Source: Schmidtea polychroa
Taxonomy: Eukaryota
Direction of reading: 5' to 3'
NCBI GenBank assembly: GCA_044892525.1
Contig: CM097885.1
Span: 8,000,001-8,064,000 of the forward strand
DNA length: 64,000 nt
Shown here: piece by piece, positions 59,235 through 64,000 of the stretch
How positions within the stretch are numbered: position 1 is the stretch's first letter
How the letters are laid out: each line of letters begins with the position of its first letter
Made by a program: the position numbers and the translations under genes
The notes under the pieces: generated by a model
Database searches by the model: none
Seen by the model: only the letters and a program-made list of their open reading frames with translations
Told to the model about the DNA's origin: nothing

Positions 59235-59614
59235 TAGAATGTTGAATTTGGAAATAGTTCAATAGAGTAAATATAAATTTTTTGAATAAATTGTCTTGTC
59301 CATATTTAGGGTTTCTCATCTCATAATGTGATTTTTGTATTCAATAGTGTTAATATTTAATTTAATAATATTCATTTTTCAAAAATAGTGTTTTTCATTT
59401 AATTTCATTTATAATTTATTTAAAATTATACCTTAAATGAATTATGATATAAAATACTATTGGTGAAACAAGAATAAGGAAACCATTAATTGTACTATAT
59501 GATTTATTTCTGCAAAGTTTAAAATATGTATTAACTTTTTAAATCTTTATTGTTAAAATACTGTATTTCCAATATCTATTAAAAATATTCATATTTCAAT
59601 AATATATATGATAC

Positions 59615-59872
59615 TTATAGGGACATACAATTAATTTGAACAAAGAATTTATTGTAATTAACATTGTTGAAGATCTTGAACATCATCAGAGATATCATTG
59701 TGAATAAGACGAAGGTTTCTGTTTCCTGTATTTCTGACATATTTGATCCATTGATTTTGACTAGATTTGATGATTCTTCAACTTCTTCAGTAACAGCTTC
59801 AGTTGATTCAACTTCTGCAACTTCTTCAACTTGTTCGACTTCAGTGACAACTTCAGTGACTTCGTTAGACAT
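59615..59872 (-). CDS. Short Glu/Val/Thr-rich acidic protein of unknown function, probably frameshifted near 59714
   Basis: Strong AAAC-ATG context; MSNEVTEVVTEVEQVEEVAEVESTEAVTEEVEESS... The alternative frame continues LRLIHNDISDDVQDLQQC* (stop at 59658-60). Confidence 0.5.
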   Translation of the reverse strand: MSNEVTEVVTEVEQVEEVAEVESTEAVTEEVEESSNLVKINGSNMSEIQETETFVLFTMISLMMFKIFNNVNYNKFFVQINCMSL

Positions 59873-61018
59873 GTTTGAATTTGATGATTTTTTTAGATTT
59901 AATTTTATGATGATTTTCGAAAAAAGTGAAGGTAAAGGATTATTTAAACAATTGTTTTTAATTTTTTATATTTTTAGTTCAATTATTAAATTGATAAAAG
60001 TGCTAGTCAGAGGCACTACAGTACTAATTTATTAATTCAGTTAAGTTAATAAAATTAAATATTTTATTTAACTTGATCTTTACAATAATTATTCTTTCAC
60101 AAAGTAAAATTTAAACCAAGTAAACATAATTTATAGCCTTTATAATTCACTGATTTCTAGTTTGGTTCTTTATTATCGGCAAAGTGCAATTGTAGTTTAA
60201 TCGATTTAAATATTGTTGAGTAAATTGTGATTTTGATATTAATAACACGCGGAGTTGAATCGATTGTAAATGATAAAAGTAATTTTTAATCTAATATCAA
60301 ACAATCTTTTCTACTTTTTAATAATGAAGAATAGTGAAAAATATTTCCTATTAGCAAAAATCATTTCTTAAACTCATCCAACCTTTTTGTTTAAAAATCC
60401 CAACGAATATTCTCAATAAAAAAGCAATTTGAGTAGAGTCTAGTACCTAATGCTAATGCAAATCTGAGGCTAGACGCCGATTTCAGTTTGTTTTTAAATT
60501 GATCTTATTTTGTCTTTGCAATATATTTTTTTAAAAATAAATAATTTTATTTATTTTTAAAAATTTATAAAAATCAAGTTTTGATTTATTTTTTTTAATT
60601 TTCTTCATGGAAATTTTTCATACAGTCCACGTTGATTTATTGTAAAATATTTTTGGTGTGATTTTATCTTGAATCTATAATTCACCCAGTCGACGGCTGG
60701 ACTCCTCCAGCTAGAAGAGAATTCTCTGATCCCAATTTCCCTTCACTTAAATTATTGGATATTAAAAGATTCAATCAATTATAATTTATAGAAATCACTA
60801 TTTTTTGGAATGAATTTAGAGGATAAAATTAAAAAAAAATTTAAAAAGTCAATTATAAGTAAAATATATAAATATTTTTTTAAACAATCGATCAATATTT
60901 TATGTTAAATACGAAACAAAATATTGATAGTCTATAAAAATACAGAATGAAGATTAAAGAAATTGTAAAAGCTATCAATAGTGATATTGATATGATTTAG
61001 CTGCTTATTTTATGTATC

Positions 61019-61060
61019 TTAACCCATGAATAGCCAGTGTTCCTAAATGGGAACTATTAT
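61019..61060. mobile_element. Possible piggyBac-type MITE terminus
   Basis: TTAA-CCCATG...AGTGTTCCTAAATGGGAAC; no partner end found. Confidence 0.35.
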
Positions 61061-61822
61061 AAATAATTGTATATCTTACAGAATATTTTCAAATGGGTGC
61101 CGAAAATGTACACAAATGATAAATTTTAAACTTTTTATTTTAGTTTAAAATTTATTTCACAGATATCATAGTTTCTCTTTGAGATTTAATACTTGTTTAT
61201 AAAATTGTTGTCATCTGCTATAAATTGATATATTGGTACCAAATCAGTTAATTAATCAATGATTAATCTGCTGTCTATAATTCGTCCAGTGTTCAATTTG
61301 TAGGAAAATATAGTAATATTTTTATCTTAGATTTTTTAACTCAAAATTATAATTTGAGGTCACAATGTACATTTCAGCTGAATATTTTTCAAAAAATCCT
61401 TTATTTTTTGTTTATTTTTGATCTATTTGCTTTTGATATTTCATTTATTTTTAATGAGACAGTAGGTCCATGGCCCCATTAACCATAGGGCTAATTGGGT
61501 TACAGCCCAGGGGCGCCATCGATCCGAGGGCGCTAAGAAAACAAGATGGTGAAATTTAATTGCTTTTTTTAATTTAAAAAAAAAGTAATTTTTTTTATAT
61601 TTAGCGTATCTGTGATTTAAGTTAGTAATGTGTTCAATGTTATATTTTTTCTCATCCATATAAACCATGTATGCTAATGACCTAACTTCTGTAAAGATTA
61701 AATTCGACTTTGATTATATTTTAAAGTATCACAAACTTTTATTAAAATTCTTATAAAAATTACCAAAGAAAAAAAATACTTTATACATAATTATTTAATC
61801 ACATTTAAAACCAATTTTATTG

Positions 61823-62115
61823 AGTAGGTAGATGTGAGCCCGCTGGCACAAAGACCTATGACTCATCACTTTTCAGTGATGACTCATCGTGTAGAGGGTG
61901 AGTCAGGGGTCACGTGGGTGTATCATATGTATGTGTATGACTCATGGTCTTTGTTCTACGACGGTTCAAACCCATCATGTCGGGTGTAAAGCATGAGTCA
62001 TATATATTTTTCAAAATTTTTCTAAGTTAGAACAAAGACGTGTATCCCCCCCCCTGCAAAAATTTTTTATGACTCATACTTTTTCAAAATTTTTCTAAGT
62101 TAGAACAAAGACATG
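61823..62115. promoter_or_regulatory. Putative Polinton TIR with six TGA(C/G)TCA motifs and a ~33-bp direct repeat
   Basis: Motifs at 61859, 61880, 61899, 61938, 61994 and 62070; CACGTG at 61911; TTTTTCAAAATTTTTCTAAGTTAGAACAAAGAC occurs twice. Confidence 0.65.
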
Positions 62116-62505
62116 TAACTCCTAGCATTAATTTTTATGAAACATTATTATTATTTCAAAATATTACTATTATAATTAATATTATTATTATTGATATTAT
62201 TACTATTTAAATTATTATTATTATTAAACATCCTTAGTATTAATAATATTATTTTTTAAAATTATTGAATGACTTTAATATTGCATTTGAATTGCATCTT
62301 TCTTTATTAAACTTGCAACTGTATTGCCGCTGTCTTTCTTAATCATATATTTTTTAAATTTTTTATTATATTTTAAAAACTATATTTAACTTGCAACAGG
62401 TGCTGCTATCTTGTATATTATTTGTCGATTTTTGATATAAAATTAATATAGTTACTTTGTTTTATTTTTAAAATAAATTTACAAAAAATAATTAACTAAA
62501 ATTTA

Positions 62506-62790
62506 TTAATTAACACATTCGCAATCGTCATCTTTACATTTCATAACCTTTTCGATGGGATGATCTATACAATCATTTTTAATATTTTCCAGATCTTTAG
62601 CTTCATCTATAGGCTCATCAATTTCTTGGGTGTCATTAGTTTCTTAACTATCATCGGTTTCTTCAACTTCCTGATCATCAATTCCAGAATCTTGACTCTC
62701 TGATTTATTTAATATGCTAGAAACATTTAATATGTCATCGATTTTTACACCACTTATTTCTGATAGTTTTTCCAAGAAAAAGATGATTAT
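62506..62790 (-). pseudogene. Polinton accessory acidic ORF with an internal stop
   Basis: FLEKLSEISGVKIDDILNV...DDQEVEETDDS*ETNDTQEIDE...MKCKDDDCECVN*; internal TAA at 62644-46. Confidence 0.55.
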
Positions 62791-62981
62791 ATATTTAAAT
62801 AATAAATATTTCGAAAATTAATTAATCATATTAACCTTTTTCTACAGTCATTATTAACAATTTAAAACTAAAATATAAGTTTGTTTATACATTGTCTTTG
62901 TTTAGGTTTGCATGTGTTTTGCATTAATATTGCAATTTCATCGTTAATAAAGTGAACAACAAATATGATTAAATACATTTA

Positions 62982-63366
62982 TTAAATTTCAAATTTTTTA
63001 TACAACAACCAAGCTAAACAATGTTGACCACATGTTTGAGTCAATGGATTTTGAAACATAGTTTTATTATACACAATAGGTTTTCCCATTGTTTGTAGTT
63101 TTGATATCATCAAAGCCGGATAATAGAAACCCATAGGATCGAACACGAATATATTACCAGGTTTCATATATATAGCTATCCAGTGTTCTCCACCAAGATG
63201 AGACGATTGAGTATTGACGATTATGGCTTGATTATTGCTCAAATATGGAATTTTATCGAGAGGAAAAACTCCTACAAATTCATTTCCTAATATTTATTTT
63301 CCAATTTGATTAACCTGAACAGAACTACTTTAATAAATTAAACAGTATAAAAAAAACTTACTCCAT
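62982..63366 (-). pseudogene. Adenain-like (adenovirus-type) cysteine maturation protease
   Basis: FVGVFPLDKIP, IIVNTQSSHLGGEHWIA (His), VFDPMG (Asp) and FQNPLTQTCGQHCL (Gln, Cys). ATG at 63366, putative intron 63361-63328, premature TAA at 63294-96. Confidence 0.9.
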
Positions 63367-63393
63367 GACAGCTTTCTATATTTCTGTATACAT

Positions 63394-64000
63394 TTATACC
63401 AACACGGTTCTATTTGCAGTAATTTGAACTTCATTTTCAAATACTCCATATATTATAACATGTACTGGTTCTGTAATGGCTATTGCAAACTTTATATCTA
63501 GTCGTAAATTCCCGTTTTGTGGTAATTGACTCTGATTTAAATCAAATTCGGGGGCTAAAACAAATGTGAAAAATGGGTATTTGATTTTAAAATCTTCAAG
63601 AGTTATTCCACAATTCAAATTTTTATCTAAATAGCCAAGATTTCTAACAATACTCTGCATATATGTAGCACAGTAATTATCACTTTCGAAATCTTGAGTA
63701 TATGTTTCTCTATAATCAGTATTTTTCGACAAAGTCAATGATGTAACACCAAAGTTTTTAAAAATTGAGCTGGAAGCTGTATAAGACCCATTATATTGTG
63801 TTTCACTTTGAAATGTTACCAGAATAAAATTAGGCATTCTTCTGTCCCCAAATATTTGTTCTTTATAGAATGACGAAGCACCTTTAGCAATAGCGAATTG
63901 AACAATTTCCTTTGTTTTTAATGGATAAATTGCATGTTTTGAATTAAGACCCAATTGATGACCAGCTAATACTGAGGGATCCACTGGAACTCTTCTTACC
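63394..64000 (-). CDS. Polinton/adintovirus major capsid protein (double jelly-roll), C-terminal part
   Basis: VRRVPVDPSVLAGHQLGL..HAIYP, IFGDRRMP, YNGSY..SSIFKNF and GNLRLDIKF..VIIYGVFENEVQITANRTV match Polinton MCP C-terminal motifs; adjacent to the protease. Confidence 0.85.
   Translation of the reverse strand, partial: VRRVPVDPSVLAGHQLGLNSKHAIYPLKTKEIVQFAIAKGASSFYKEQIFGDRRMPNFILVTFQSETQYNGSYTASSSIFKNFGVTSLTLSKNTDYRETYTQDFESDNYCATYMQSIVRNLGYLDKNLNCGITLEDFKIKYPFFTFVLAPEFDLNQSQLPQNGNLRLDIKFAIAITEPVHVIIYGVFENEVQITANRTVLV

Larger units (their letters stand above)
61823..64000 (-). mobile_element. Polinton/Maverick (adintovirus-like endogenous virus), one end, running out of the window
   Basis: AGTAG-starting terminus with an abrupt GC rise, followed by co-oriented capsid and adenain genes. 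Confidence 0.88.

Noticed and set aside
59664..60035. Ser/Thr-rich + strand ORF
   Set aside because: Antisense shadow of the acidic minus-strand ORF, with a non-ATG start.
61466..61545. GC-rich patch next to the Polinton (similar patch at 39520-39580)
   Set aside because: Looks like an isolated hAT terminus relic; no partner end or TSD, and not part of the Polinton.

Overview
Very AT-rich, repeat-dense eukaryotic genomic DNA. Short ~45-52 bp introns, TAA microsatellites and the TE mix suggest a planarian-like flatworm, but this is inference only. The host content is the 3' part of a + strand nephrin/sticks-and-stones-like Ig-superfamily gene. I could splice seven phase-compatible exons (1977-40154) that encode the end of an Ig domain, FN3, a TM segment and a cytoplasmic tail, with a 23-kb third intron. 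The rest is mostly mobile DNA. It includes the end of a Polinton/Maverick (adintovirus-like) element carrying a major capsid protein, an adenain protease that appears to have an intron, and an AP-1-site-rich terminus (61823-64000), plus a 2-kb non-autonomous AGTAGT-terminated element holding a hAT fragment. There is also a multi-copy, intron-containing IS630/Tc1-type family, one copy nested in another and still able to encode a spliced DNA-binding-only protein. Other elements are two Ginger-like TGT..ACA elements with 5-bp TSDs, Penelope-like fragments with two families of minimal hammerhead ribozyme motifs in inverted repeats, and hAT, mariner, MULE and pogo relics. Two related short acidic ORFs of unknown function are also present. 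Most ORFs in the supplied track are microsatellite or chance artefacts. All family assignments come from motif recognition by eye; no database search was run.
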